Position numbers and translations under genes: made by a program
The notes under the pieces: model-generated
Told to the model about the DNA's origin: nothing
What the model saw: the letters and a program-made list of their open reading frames with translations, nothing else
Databases searched by the model: none
Shown: positions 47,001 through 55,833 of the stretch, piece after piece
How the letters are laid out: every line of letters starts with the position of its first letter
Numbering within the stretch: the stretch's first letter is position 1
Virus record (IMG/VR): IMGVR_UViG_3300045988_047162
Reading direction: 5' to 3' (one strand)
DNA length: 64,000 nucleotides
DNA from: a virus

Positions 47001-47372
47001 CCCATGTGGTTGTCGAATGGCGAGCATGTTATTCGTGCCGCTGCGGTAAGCAAGCTTGATCGTACTGTCGGCCCGAATTTCCTGAACGTGTTGAACGCTA
47101 CCGGTGATCTGGATAGGGCGGTGTCGCAGGCTCGCACGTCGTATGCGCGTAGTGCGGTTGATATGAGTCGTAGCGCGTATGCGGCTGGCGGGCGTGTGGA
47201 GAAGATGATGTCCGGCTTGTATGAGGTCAACGTTCAGGTTCCCGCAAGCACTGGAACGACTGTCAATCAGACGTTCAACACGAAGGTCGTCAGGAGTAAT
47301 GATGACCTGTACACCGCCGCGCCGATATTGCATCGTAACGCGTTGGCCGAGGCTAGGAGGTATCAGCGTTGA
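41010..47372 (+). CDS. Tape measure protein (about 2120 aa)
   Basis: Size, position and long coiled-coil regions. C-terminal GGRITGPGTGTSDSIPMWLSNGEHVIRA motif. An alternative TTG start lies at 41004. Confidence 0.9.
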   Translation: MAGEHRAGTVVVRVTADTKGFRRQVEEAARGINDLDVNAVFEPDTAQLERAYREWNGKNASIQFNFKPNTKNIDPWMKRFEQQEERLRRGLSLKPDFDSSKLNRGLSEFNSRTNTALRGNGLLNSKLVEKNLDQTVKVFDAKGREMADTSFFKKSALKKTEQLSFATSLDKTVDKYREKKMDLYQQVRGLIKGNEHLSNEQIRQFEKLSNRIVKTRNDIRGLKGDLAKATREVERLDAQRLEMKTQKLPTSDLWKQEREAAKQVTAVNKALAGQEKELGRLRKAQSSLVDIASDGDAKRVSKMTRQVRALEESIVTAGNSLANFSKARDTALGLHQKQETYADWFKGQQVASSRFAKEIEAQRAEMARESKKARDEWSRPVGSTAIARERFAESRREAENLIDTYRGVRKELESDVSAMKRNNRNWFDLDEYKRTVKMLGELDERIEKLKKSPVTKATRLEGSDFQKRLADLYSMNGVRNRQDIRLRFVAENLREVKSKIEAFKRRGVDVPVTLKAELREMYRQLAYYQRLLKDNPKARVKVDVEGDFARLNRDIERFESQRVKVEFYEDGADEIRRAMRELEHKRLDVPVTLKAEYSNVEAEMRRYAEKLKSNPDAEIPAKLHIDKKHAEEELKRFQDKNDTLDMDVDLETALARAHLAYFTRPRTIDIFAKFHGTDIGKILNGMTYGASGLKGVENQFQNLVNLFDTLDKKVPRLALVGTVLSDIGAGAVNVSGTVGGLGKSIVSLSKAAYAAPAALTGLGAVFATFKMIYGDKGETWSSQIDFANTKLSQLSQNVQDAFYGKAKPAIMDTANAIGDSLVPEMSTLAKHEGEIVEKLMLAVKASYQANELPAVFDRANESMDNLVPGAESLITALSHIGMVGGKYLPQFTQWLSEDASWFAKWAENVMDDSDRVDKAMSEVKEQAGYLGSSLRSLKGIAQGVFTPIAQYQNGIEQFSSVLQRADRAINSMSAQDTLRAWVTGARDAQKGVRDAFADIGHAANESRNDLAGTMTNLGQLTGNFVADTSKLASGTSGSIRTFSGDVRDGLSMVTSSLASTSPMFSSLVRMAGQLSKTFGGTLANSLKSAAPTIEAIANATSALSDAFSKLPAPIQGMLGLWMTFGRAGKSAWTALKSGALENIQSTMQYQNMLRQLGVTMDGTKVKASQLISAMARLSRNETTAEVTGGAMAYGNVAGLFTGSVKGMEQMGEQAEKTASKVAKTGQEARLAAEGAVLLGNNASSAGKGLRSLDDNAEPIKGKLSGLKSVAKDTGTVLLDMLGGPTGIALTAGLAAAGTAFSAYSQHVEQVKANIESFNEAAKATPDALSAQVSSLEGLKNRLDNFGSTLKSNFSTSDSSWDKFWRGTSNVGSMSSALQMLGQNEDSVARKLSGSKSDYNSYIKTLQRMTTQTNKQASADKNSATVFDMSSMNRLQKSVNMHEAAKTALADAQNYNDEIEKSIKTQAAAAGKSAGWVDRLRDEGQDWQSIADGLLSATEKKERLATVTGSLASQVESQRNANIQAAAASSSYAKTLQQVGEAMKTVNDLHSKGQQVWDAQKKDFDYTTEAGRTAADSLTALASSSNDYLNAMIKQGKSQKDVLAKQKELSSNFNAQASAAGLDAAAVDGLNSSLLMTPKEVTTQINVQSLEAKENLANVVDSMSYLFPDGTRKQVKDILLNSIWQGKTDANQLSDMVQRLSDGKHTVVITGDNKLAIVAANDVTNAVMKVPALKKVYLKAITEGKSDTDALEESISSIPAMKDAFVKAKAEGKSDLDALRDAIWQVPELKDAYLTATASGQDEVDALGNALKLIPDLKNTDLKATDKTQDGISSATTNLDNFAAQFGAPNSNITATDNTADGAGSAGLTMGAYEQKYGHVDSNLTATDNTGGPTSTAKGNIGSVPKGHDTNVNATDNTAGATGSAKGNIHSVPKSHDTGFKGHVDGSLSSAVASANKWISGVSNWVTVHIKGIFEGSKAGKATGGRITGPGTGTSDSIPMWLSNGEHVIRAAAVSKLDRTVGPNFLNVLNATGDLDRAVSQARTSYARSAVDMSRSAYAAGGRVEKMMSGLYEVNVQVPASTGTTVNQTFNTKVVRSNDDLYTAAPILHRNALAEARRYQR

Positions 47373-48340
47373 GTGATTTGCCTGAACTGGTCGAACTGTC
47401 GAACGGGACGGAAACGTTGACGTTCGATGGTGGCAATACAGCGAATCCTGATGATGATGTTCTCCTGATCGGGGAGGATGGCGTCGATGGTTGGTTCGAG
47501 ACGCCGGATGACAAGACGGTGATGAGCGAGCGGGGTCAGGGCGATGGGGCGCATGACGTGTGGGCTTCGGACATCCTGTATTCCGCTCGCGTGCTGACAT
47601 TGCATTTCATTGTATCGGCTCATGACCGTCAGGGTGTTGTCCGGCTTCTCAATAAGGTTCGCCGCGTGTGTGCGCATAGCAAGGTGCGGTTCCGGTTGAG
47701 GGATGCGGGCTACGACTGTTATACGACTGGTAGGGCCACTGTGAAGGCGTCTGCTAAGTATGCGAATGATGGCTGGCTGGACGATTGCACGATCACCGTG
47801 ACCTGCGAACGTCCCGAGATATTGAGCATGGACGAGTACACATGCCAATTGTCGGCCATGCATGTTTCCGGCGGGAACGTCGGATTGCGGTATGGTCCGG
47901 GCTATTGGACCGAATGGCAGGGCGCACGTAACGCTTCACCGAGCCTGATGCATACCGAGTCGAATATTGGTTTGCGTGGGTTGGCTTACCCGTTGAACTA
48001 CGGGTTGAAATTGGATGGCGTCGGGTCGAACGTCGGATTGTTGTACAACAACGGCACTTCCCGCGCCTATCCGGTGTTCGTCGTGCATGGGCCTATGGAT
48101 GGCGTGCGTTTGGATTTTCCGGGCACCCAGCAGTCGATTGTGTGCGATCAGACGGTACGGGATGTGCCGTTGGTGTTGGATTGCCGCAGCCGTACCGCCC
48201 AGTTGGGTGGTCAGGATGTGAGCCGTCAGTTGGAGCAGCGTGGTTTTCCCACGATTCCGGCTGGCGGTTCGCTTCGTGTGACTTTATCGAATCTAGGCAC
48301 CGGTTTCGTTGATTGCAGTGTGCGTGACACTTACATGTAA
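47369..48340 (+). CDS. Distal tail protein (Dit-like, siphovirus tail component)
   Basis: First gene after the tape measure; TTGA coupling; 323 aa. Confidence 0.65.
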   Translation: MSDLPELVELSNGTETLTFDGGNTANPDDDVLLIGEDGVDGWFETPDDKTVMSERGQGDGAHDVWASDILYSARVLTLHFIVSAHDRQGVVRLLNKVRRVCAHSKVRFRLRDAGYDCYTTGRATVKASAKYANDGWLDDCTITVTCERPEILSMDEYTCQLSAMHVSGGNVGLRYGPGYWTEWQGARNASPSLMHTESNIGLRGLAYPLNYGLKLDGVGSNVGLLYNNGTSRAYPVFVVHGPMDGVRLDFPGTQQSIVCDQTVRDVPLVLDCRSRTAQLGGQDVSRQLEQRGFPTIPAGGSLRVTLSNLGTGFVDCSVRDTYM

Positions 48341-48350
48341 GGAGTTTTGA

Positions 48351-49283
48351 ATGAGTACCGTCGCTTTGGGCGTGTCTCCCGATACCAATGGCGTTGGTGT
48401 GACACCTCTTGTGCATCGTCGCATCATCGGTGCCCAGTGGGCTAATACGGGATTGGTTGACGGGTTGAACGTCACCGGCCGCAGTGACTTGCGATATAAC
48501 GTTTCCGCTGGCGTGGCTGTCTGTAGCCGTGGCGATTCGGATGGTAAGACGCTCGCCTATTACGAGGGCGGTAAGACGAACGCCGTCGCGGCTGGCGACC
48601 CGTCGAATCCGCGTATCGACATCGTGTGGATTCAGGCCCATAATCTGATGGAGTACAAGGATTCGGACAATTATGTGACCGTTGGCGTCACGCAGGGTTC
48701 CCCGTCCGCGAGTCTTGCGGAGCCTACCATTCCGGCTGGCGCTACCATGCTGAGGAAGATGAAGATGCCCGCTGGCGCTTCGTCCACGGCCAGCGCGGTG
48801 CAGATGTGGAGCGCTGATTACGCGATACCGCATGGTGCTTCGTTGGGGAAGATTGGCGAGAATTGGGATAGGCGTGACATGACCGGCGATCCGACGGTCA
48901 AGAAATACTATTTTGAGCAGCAGATAGATTTCGATTTGCCTTCCGACCGTATGTTGGAATTGTCGTTCAAATGCAATCTGAGTTCCGCTGGCGCTACCTC
49001 GTGGGCGGATACGTCGCATCGTACCGAGTGGGCCATCGGCTTCCAGATCGATAACAAGGATTTGGACCATTCGTGCGCGAACTTCGTTTCGTATGGCGCG
49101 TGGGAGACGCATGAGACGTCGTATGTGACCGCCGTGAACAAGGGGCATCATACCGCCCGCTTGCGTACTTGGTTGCAGAACGGCAACGCCCCCGTGTTCC
49201 ATTACAATGCGTCGCAGGACAACAAGGACGCCTTGTGGTGCGGACGCCGGTTCATCATCTGGGATAGGGGACAGGTGGTCTGA
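48351..49283 (+). CDS. Minor tail protein
   Basis: Position in the baseplate/tip module. Confidence 0.55.
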   Translation: MSTVALGVSPDTNGVGVTPLVHRRIIGAQWANTGLVDGLNVTGRSDLRYNVSAGVAVCSRGDSDGKTLAYYEGGKTNAVAAGDPSNPRIDIVWIQAHNLMEYKDSDNYVTVGVTQGSPSASLAEPTIPAGATMLRKMKMPAGASSTASAVQMWSADYAIPHGASLGKIGENWDRRDMTGDPTVKKYYFEQQIDFDLPSDRMLELSFKCNLSSAGATSWADTSHRTEWAIGFQIDNKDLDHSCANFVSYGAWETHETSYVTAVNKGHHTARLRTWLQNGNAPVFHYNASQDNKDALWCGRRFIIWDRGQVV

Positions 49284-50905
49284 TGTCTTGGGTGGCGTAC
49301 CTGTATGACACGGTTTCCGGCCAGTTGGCCCAGGAGATCGACATACCGTCGTTCACTTGGTCGATGACCGTTTCGGATTCGAGTTTTTCCACGACGAAGG
49401 ACAAGGGCGTTGGCGATGACGAGGTGTCCGGCTTGGAACTGCCTTGGTCCCAGATACCGGGCGATGACCCGGCTGCCCGTGCAGCCGCGTTGCAGCCGTA
49501 CAAGCGTGGCCTTGTGTTGTGTTGGAAGAGCGTGTTGGATGACACCGCGTCGATGGGCACGCCGATATTGGCGGGCGCGTTGGGCGTTCGCACGTCCAGT
49601 TGGCATGATGTGAGCGTGCCTTACGTGAGCATGATGGGCTTGCTGAACGACCGGTATCTGGTGCATGAGGATGCTTTCGGCAAGGATGCGGGCCACACGT
49701 CCAAACGGTCGTTCCGTTGGGAGAACCTGTCGTGGCGTGCGTTGGCGTGTGAGGTAATCCGCCAATGCACGAGCGTCAAGCCGGGCGGTGGACTGCCCAT
49801 CGATTTGCCTTACCTGAACGAGACGGGCACGCATTCGCTGCCTTCCGATGGGTCGAGCGAGGATAAGAACGCTCCGAAGCAGAAGAGCAAGAAGCGTGTG
49901 AACACGGCTGACGGGTATGTGGAGACTTCCGTTGACGGTGACACGACCACGATCACGGAACAGCATGTGACGAAGAAGACGAAGCAGGTCACGGAGACTA
50001 AACCGTACACGTACAATACGCGCAAGGGCAAGGTCACGAAACAGCATACGACCGTGAAGACGTTGACCACGGCGCAGACCACGGTCGTGAAGAAGACGGT
50101 CACGAAGAACTACAAGGATTATTCCGAACGTACCGTGACCACGACCACCACCGTGTACTCGTTCGACGGGAACGGCAACCAGACCGGCAGCACGACTTCG
50201 ACCGATGGGCCGCATAAGACGATGCTTCCACGGCAGACCGTCGTGGAATACAAGGATTTCAACGTGTCGAACCATCGCGCGGCTGACATTCTGAAGAATA
50301 TAGCGAACGCGGATGGCGGGCCTGACATGCAGTTCCGGCCCTACTTGTCGGATTCGCAGCATGTCCGGTTCAGGTTCCTCGCCGGTTCGGACGGCGACAT
50401 CTATCTGAATCAGGACAAGCGATTGAGTCTGTCGTGCTCACCGTATGGTGGCACGTTGGAGAACATCAAGATCGACCGTGCCGCACCGTACATGCGCGTG
50501 TATGCGACCGGCGCCGGTTCGGATTTGGGCACGATGTGCTGCCAGAGCGAGGATTTGACTCTGGTGAAACGTCATGACCCGTATCCGCTGCGGGAGACCA
50601 CCACGAGCGACACGGACGCGAAAACGTATGAACTGTTGGCCGCTGCGGCTGACGGCATGTTGAACGCGAACCGTCAGCCGTTGATGCAGTTGAGCGGCGA
50701 GATAGACGTGAACGACTGCGATGCGATGGGATTGCCTTTGCATCCGTTGGGTTCGTTCTGGCCGGGGGAGATGTTCGACATCGCCATAGACGGCTTCCCT
50801 GATCTGCCGGACGGCGTGTATCCGATGCGGTTGATGCAGATGAGCGGCGACCAGACCGGCAAGGTGACAGTGAAGTTCGACCCTGTGGCAGACCCGACCG
50901 CATGA
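49283..50905 (+). CDS. Minor tail protein (Tal-position)
   Basis: Position; 540 aa; ATGA-type coupling. Contains a Thr/Lys-rich low-complexity insert. Confidence 0.55.
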   Translation: MSWVAYLYDTVSGQLAQEIDIPSFTWSMTVSDSSFSTTKDKGVGDDEVSGLELPWSQIPGDDPAARAAALQPYKRGLVLCWKSVLDDTASMGTPILAGALGVRTSSWHDVSVPYVSMMGLLNDRYLVHEDAFGKDAGHTSKRSFRWENLSWRALACEVIRQCTSVKPGGGLPIDLPYLNETGTHSLPSDGSSEDKNAPKQKSKKRVNTADGYVETSVDGDTTTITEQHVTKKTKQVTETKPYTYNTRKGKVTKQHTTVKTLTTAQTTVVKKTVTKNYKDYSERTVTTTTTVYSFDGNGNQTGSTTSTDGPHKTMLPRQTVVEYKDFNVSNHRAADILKNIANADGGPDMQFRPYLSDSQHVRFRFLAGSDGDIYLNQDKRLSLSCSPYGGTLENIKIDRAAPYMRVYATGAGSDLGTMCCQSEDLTLVKRHDPYPLRETTTSDTDAKTYELLAAAADGMLNANRQPLMQLSGEIDVNDCDAMGLPLHPLGSFWPGEMFDIAIDGFPDLPDGVYPMRLMQMSGDQTGKVTVKFDPVADPTA

Positions 50906-50911
50906 TATCAG

Positions 50912-50940
50912 ACCCCACGTTTTCGTGGGGTTTTCTGTTT
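50912..50940 (+). terminator. Hairpin with T-run before the fibre gene
   Basis: accccacg-tttt-cgtggggt followed by tttctgttttt. Confidence 0.6.
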
Positions 50941-50954
50941 TTGGAGTGTGCGTT

Positions 50955-53900
50955 TTGGCAGACCATGTTGAAATCAGACCCGATGACGCTTCTCTTCCGT
51001 TGACTTTGGCGGATATCGCCCTGCGTAACAGCAATATGCGGTTGACGTACCTGTCCGGCACCATCGCCGTCGATAACGGCGACGGCACGGAGACGTGGAT
51101 TGGCGGCGGTGATACGGGTGCGGCGATGCCGGGCAGTAATGGCATCATCCCGTGGGTTGGCGATACGACGCCTCCGGGCAGGCCGACCGGTGTGACCGCA
51201 GTGTGTAGGACGGAATGCGTGTTCGTCCAATGGGACGGCACTCTTGAGGGTGGTGTTCCCGCCGATTTCGACCATGTGAAATTGTATGCGAAGCCTGATA
51301 GCACTGGTGAATCGTTGGATTTGGGCCAGTTGCGTGGGAAAGGCGAGCTTGCCACCGGCGTGCTGCCGGTCGGTGATGTGGTCGAGGTTTGGGCCGTCGC
51401 CTATGACAATGCGCATGACGTGAATGGCGTGTCCAAGCCGAACGCCTCCGACGAGTCGGAGCACGCGACCGTCATCATCGCACCTATCGTGTCGCAGCAG
51501 GATTTGAATGATACGGCGTCGGAGATTCTGGATGCCGCGAAGTCCGATGCCGCCGCTCAGGTGAAGAAGGTCAGCGACGGGTTGGATTCCGCCCGCAAGG
51601 ATATTGACGCGAACACTGACGCTGCGAACGCTTTGAAGAGCCAGCAGACCCAACTGCGTTCCGATTTGGATGCCGCGGCGAAGAAGATCGACGCGAACGC
51701 TCAGGGCGTCGATGCAGTCAGAAAACAGCAGGATACGGCTAACGCGGCGTTGAAGTCTCTTGGCAAGACCGTCGAGGATAACAAGTCGGCTCAGGATGCG
51801 ATCAACGCTCAACAGGCCGAGACGAACAAGACGATTGCCGCGAACAAGACGGCTTTGGCTGATGCGTCGAAACAGTTGGAACAGGCGAAGGCCGATATCA
51901 AGACGGGTCAGGCTGACTTGGCGGACGCTCGGGAGACTCTGGCCGACAATACGGCGAAGCTCGTTCAGGCTCAGAAGGATATCGCCGCGAACAAGACGGC
52001 TCAGACTGACTTGTCGAAGCAGTTGGCTGCGGCGAAATCCGACATCAAAGCCAATCAGGACAGTCTGACCGCCGCGAATCAGACGATTGCCGCGAATCAG
52101 ACGGCTTTGTCTCAAGCGCAGAAGGATATCGCCCAAACCAAGTCCGATCTGACCACGGCGAATGGCGAGATCAGCAAGGCGAAGGAGTCGGCTGCGCAGG
52201 CGTATGCCGAAGCCCATAGCAAGAATCATACGTTTCGTGGGCCGGACGAGCCGAAGGACAATCTGATTGTCGGTGACTTGTGGCTCAAGACCCAAAAATA
52301 TTGGACCCGCTGGAAGGGTGAGAAGAATAATTCGCCGTCCATGCTGGCCGACTTTTACACGTACTGGCAGGGAGCGCCGAATAATTCGCCTTCCGTGCTT
52401 GTGCCGCTGGCCGACCGCGTGATCGATACGCTTGTCTGGGATGGCTCGAATTGGAACCATCTCGGCTATGCCGATGTCGAGAAGAACGCGGACGAAATTT
52501 CCAAGGCGAAGTCGGATATCGCGGACAATGCCGCTAAGACCACGGATGCCCGCAAAGCTGCCGAGAATGCCGCTGCCGCAGCGAAGAACGCGCAGGGCAC
52601 GGCTGATACGGCCAATGGTGCGGCGAAGACCGCGCAGGATACCGCCAATGCTGCTACCGCTGCCGCCAAGAGCGCGACCGCGACCGCAGGTCAGGCGAAG
52701 AGCGCCGCCGACGCGGCGCAGACCGCAGCCGAAAGCGCGAAGAAGACCGCTGGCAATGCGGAGACTTTGGCTAACACGGCCAATGCTTCGGCCAATGCGG
52801 CCAAGTCCGACGCGGCTTCGGCCAAGACGGACGCTTCGGCTGCGAAGACCACCGCCTCGAACGCTTCGAGCGTTGCCACGCAGGCCAAGGCCACCGCAGA
52901 CAGTGCGGCACAATCCGCCACCGATGCGGCCAATGCCGCGCAGAAGGCCAATACCGCAGCAGCTGCCGCCGCTGGCGTGGCCAATGGCAAGGCCGACGTG
53001 CTGATCCAGTCCACTGCGCCGGACGCTTCGATGCGCAAGGCTTCGACCTTGTGGATTGACACCACGAATGGCGCGAACACGCCGAAAAGGTGGAATGGGT
53101 CGGCTTGGGTGGCTGTGACCGACAAGGCCGCTACTGACGCCGCGAATGCGGCTGTCAAGGCGAATGATGCGGCCAAGACCGCTCAATCCACCGCTGACAA
53201 GGCGCAGACGGCTGCGGCCAATGCGGCTTCTCAGGCTAATCAGGCTCAGGCCGCCGCTCAGAAGGCGCAGACCACTGCTGATGGTAAGAACCTCATCTAC
53301 CGTGGCCCCGACGAGCCGAATCATGATGGCTTGAAGCCGGGGGACATGTGGTGGCGCACGCAGAAATATTGGACGAGGTGGAAGGGTGAGAAGAACAATT
53401 CGCCGTCCATGCTGGCCGATTTTTATACGTACTGGACGGGCGCGCCGAACAACAGTCCGAGCGTCTTGGTGCCCTTGTCCGATCGTGTGGTGGAAGTCCT
53501 GACGTGGGACGGTACGAGATTCGAGCCATTCGACCTCGTGGCGAACAACATCCTCGCTGCTGGCACGGTGGCCGCGAAGCATCTCGCCGCCGACTCAGTG
53601 ACCGCCGAGAAGGTCAAGGCCAATGCCATCACCGTTGACAAGCTCGCAGCCAATTCGGTCACGACCGAAAAGCTGGTCGCCGACGCGGTGACCGCTGGCA
53701 AGCTCGCTGCGGACAGCGTGCAGGCGCGCAATATCGTCGCACTGTCCATCACGTCCGACAAGATTGCAGCCAATTCCGTGACCACGGCCAAACTCCGCGT
53801 CACTGAGGATATGATGGTGGCTCTCCTGAAGGCTCATCAGATTCAGGCGGGGGATATAGCGGCTAACGCGGTCACATCAGACAATATCATAGCCAACGCC

Positions 53901-55811
53901 ATCAATTCAGGAAAGATCGCCGCCAACGCGGTGACTTCTGACAAGATTGTGACGAACGCTGTCACGTCGGATAAGATTCTCGCCAATTCGGTGACCACGG
54001 CGAAGCTCAAGGTCACTGAGGATATGACCGTCGCGCTTTTGAAGGCGCATCAGATTCAGGCCGGTGAGCTTGCCGCCAATAGTGTGACCGGTCAGAACAT
54101 CAAGGCCGACGCATTGTATGGCAAGACGATTCAGGGTGGCGTGTTCCGCACGTCCGATGGGCGGATGGTCATCAATGATGCTGGTATCGTCGCCAAGGCG
54201 AAATCCGGTAGGAAACGTCAGGCGTATTACACATATTGGCAGGGCGAACCGAACAATAGTCCGTCCGTGCTGGTGACTGTGGATTTGGCTGATGATGAGT
54301 CGTTCGTACTGGATTCTCAGTCCGGCACGGTCGCCATGTGCGGTGAGATACTGTCCGGCTCCACGATCAGCGGCACGTCGATTGTGGGTAGCGAGTTCCG
54401 TACCGCGAACTCGCGCATGTTGCTGAACGATAGCGGCTTGGTGTTGCGGAACACGCAGGGCAAGGCCACTGTCACGTTGAATGCCGCGTCCGGCAGTGCG
54501 ACGTTCAGTGGCACCGTGACGGGTTCGACGATCACTGGCGGCACGGTGTCCGGCGCTGTGATTACTGGTAGCGCGTTCACGTCTCCTGACGGGAAGACGA
54601 AACTGAACTCTTCCGGCTTCTACGTGGGAGACAAACTCTCGTATGATGCTAAATCCGGCGTGCTGTCGTTGAAGGGCAGTATCCAGTCGGGGTCGGATTT
54701 GAGTGGCGTGACCGTGACCGGTTCCACCATTCAGACTTCCAGTACTGCCAACCGTGGGTTGAAGCTCACTTCCGGTGGTCTCGTCGCCTACGACGGGAAT
54801 GGTAACGCGAAGTTCACGTTGAAGTCTGACGGCACCATTCAGATGAATGGCGCTTTACTGACGAACGGTAAGATAACCGCCGCCACGTTGGAGGGTGGCA
54901 CGATCACCGGTGGAACGATTACTGGTGGCACGATTCAGTCGAGTTCCGCAGCTAATACCGGTTTCAAACTGTCCGGTGGAGCTTTGGACTTCTACGACAA
55001 GTCGAACAATCGCACCATCCATTTGAACGGTACCGACAATCTGCTTTCCGGCAGGTTCCAGACCGCATTGTCAGGCCCACGATTGGTATTGAACAATACG
55101 ACGGCCAGTGACGGCAGTGTGTATGGTCTACTGAAATGCTATGACGCGAATGGTGTCGCATGGTATACGCAGGGACAGTCGCATGGTTTCAACCCGTCGG
55201 GTCAGAACGACCCTGGCGCTTACCGGCGTTTGAACATTGGTATTGACCCGTCGAATAGTGAATTGTCGGTCGTCCGTTTCAATTCCGGCGCTTCACGTAT
55301 TCAGATGAATGCTGGCCGTGTGGACATCAACGGTGAGGATGGTTGGTCGAAACATATCGGCGGCTTGGGTATTTACGTGAATGGTTCGCGTATCGACCCT
55401 GTCGTGTACACGGATTTGAGCGACTGGTTCGTTCCTTCGTCGGGTTGGACTGCTTACGCGGGTGATAGCGGCAAGGATTACCGCAGTCACATGACCGTGA
55501 TCGGCAACACTTGTTACATGCAGTTGGAATTGCAGCGTTCCGACAAAAAGAGCGTCACGCTCAACGCAGGCGACTACCTCGACATCGGCTGGTTCAAGGA
55601 AGGATTCACCCCGAAAATCGGCCTGAACGTGCCCTGCATCTTCAACAACGGCCAGTATGGCGGCGCGTTCGTTCCCGGAAACACGGTCCCCAGCACCGTG
55701 GACCCGGACATCAACGGCGACGGCGTGTACCTGCGCGGTCACCTCCGCGTCGGCACTCGACAGCAATCCGTCGCCTGGTGGGTTTCCGTGTTCATGATGT
55801 TCACTATTTGA
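50955..55811 (+). CDS. Tail fibre / host-specificity protein (about 1618 aa)
   Basis: GGAG RBS 8 nt before an in-frame TTG. Long Ala/Lys/Thr-rich coiled coil, 11-residue A-N-x-V-T-x-x-K-I repeats and Gly/Thr-rich beta-helix-like repeats. Confidence 0.8.
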   Translation: MADHVEIRPDDASLPLTLADIALRNSNMRLTYLSGTIAVDNGDGTETWIGGGDTGAAMPGSNGIIPWVGDTTPPGRPTGVTAVCRTECVFVQWDGTLEGGVPADFDHVKLYAKPDSTGESLDLGQLRGKGELATGVLPVGDVVEVWAVAYDNAHDVNGVSKPNASDESEHATVIIAPIVSQQDLNDTASEILDAAKSDAAAQVKKVSDGLDSARKDIDANTDAANALKSQQTQLRSDLDAAAKKIDANAQGVDAVRKQQDTANAALKSLGKTVEDNKSAQDAINAQQAETNKTIAANKTALADASKQLEQAKADIKTGQADLADARETLADNTAKLVQAQKDIAANKTAQTDLSKQLAAAKSDIKANQDSLTAANQTIAANQTALSQAQKDIAQTKSDLTTANGEISKAKESAAQAYAEAHSKNHTFRGPDEPKDNLIVGDLWLKTQKYWTRWKGEKNNSPSMLADFYTYWQGAPNNSPSVLVPLADRVIDTLVWDGSNWNHLGYADVEKNADEISKAKSDIADNAAKTTDARKAAENAAAAAKNAQGTADTANGAAKTAQDTANAATAAAKSATATAGQAKSAADAAQTAAESAKKTAGNAETLANTANASANAAKSDAASAKTDASAAKTTASNASSVATQAKATADSAAQSATDAANAAQKANTAAAAAAGVANGKADVLIQSTAPDASMRKASTLWIDTTNGANTPKRWNGSAWVAVTDKAATDAANAAVKANDAAKTAQSTADKAQTAAANAASQANQAQAAAQKAQTTADGKNLIYRGPDEPNHDGLKPGDMWWRTQKYWTRWKGEKNNSPSMLADFYTYWTGAPNNSPSVLVPLSDRVVEVLTWDGTRFEPFDLVANNILAAGTVAAKHLAADSVTAEKVKANAITVDKLAANSVTTEKLVADAVTAGKLAADSVQARNIVALSITSDKIAANSVTTAKLRVTEDMMVALLKAHQIQAGDIAANAVTSDNIIANAINSGKIAANAVTSDKIVTNAVTSDKILANSVTTAKLKVTEDMTVALLKAHQIQAGELAANSVTGQNIKADALYGKTIQGGVFRTSDGRMVINDAGIVAKAKSGRKRQAYYTYWQGEPNNSPSVLVTVDLADDESFVLDSQSGTVAMCGEILSGSTISGTSIVGSEFRTANSRMLLNDSGLVLRNTQGKATVTLNAASGSATFSGTVTGSTITGGTVSGAVITGSAFTSPDGKTKLNSSGFYVGDKLSYDAKSGVLSLKGSIQSGSDLSGVTVTGSTIQTSSTANRGLKLTSGGLVAYDGNGNAKFTLKSDGTIQMNGALLTNGKITAATLEGGTITGGTITGGTIQSSSAANTGFKLSGGALDFYDKSNNRTIHLNGTDNLLSGRFQTALSGPRLVLNNTTASDGSVYGLLKCYDANGVAWYTQGQSHGFNPSGQNDPGAYRRLNIGIDPSNSELSVVRFNSGASRIQMNAGRVDINGEDGWSKHIGGLGIYVNGSRIDPVVYTDLSDWFVPSSGWTAYAGDSGKDYRSHMTVIGNTCYMQLELQRSDKKSVTLNAGDYLDIGWFKEGFTPKIGLNVPCIFNNGQYGGAFVPGNTVPSTVDPDINGDGVYLRGHLRVGTRQQSVAWWVSVFMMFTI

Positions 55812-55833
55812 TTTTGATGATTGGAGATTGATT

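Noticed and set aside
52239-53525. Diversity-generating retroelement (template/variable repeat pair) in the fibre gene
   Set aside because: No reverse transcriptase gene is present in the window. The mismatches between the two repeat copies fall on all four bases rather than being adenine-specific, so both are in-frame domain duplications.
50466-53582. 1038-aa minus-strand ORF. Similar long antisense ORFs lie at 40575-43034, 46425-47600, 48093-49202, 49202-50362 and 58308-59591.
   Set aside because: All lie antisense to the tape measure, minor tail, fibre or endolysin genes. They are Arg/Gly/Ser-rich junk with no RBS context and are mirror images of biased codon usage.
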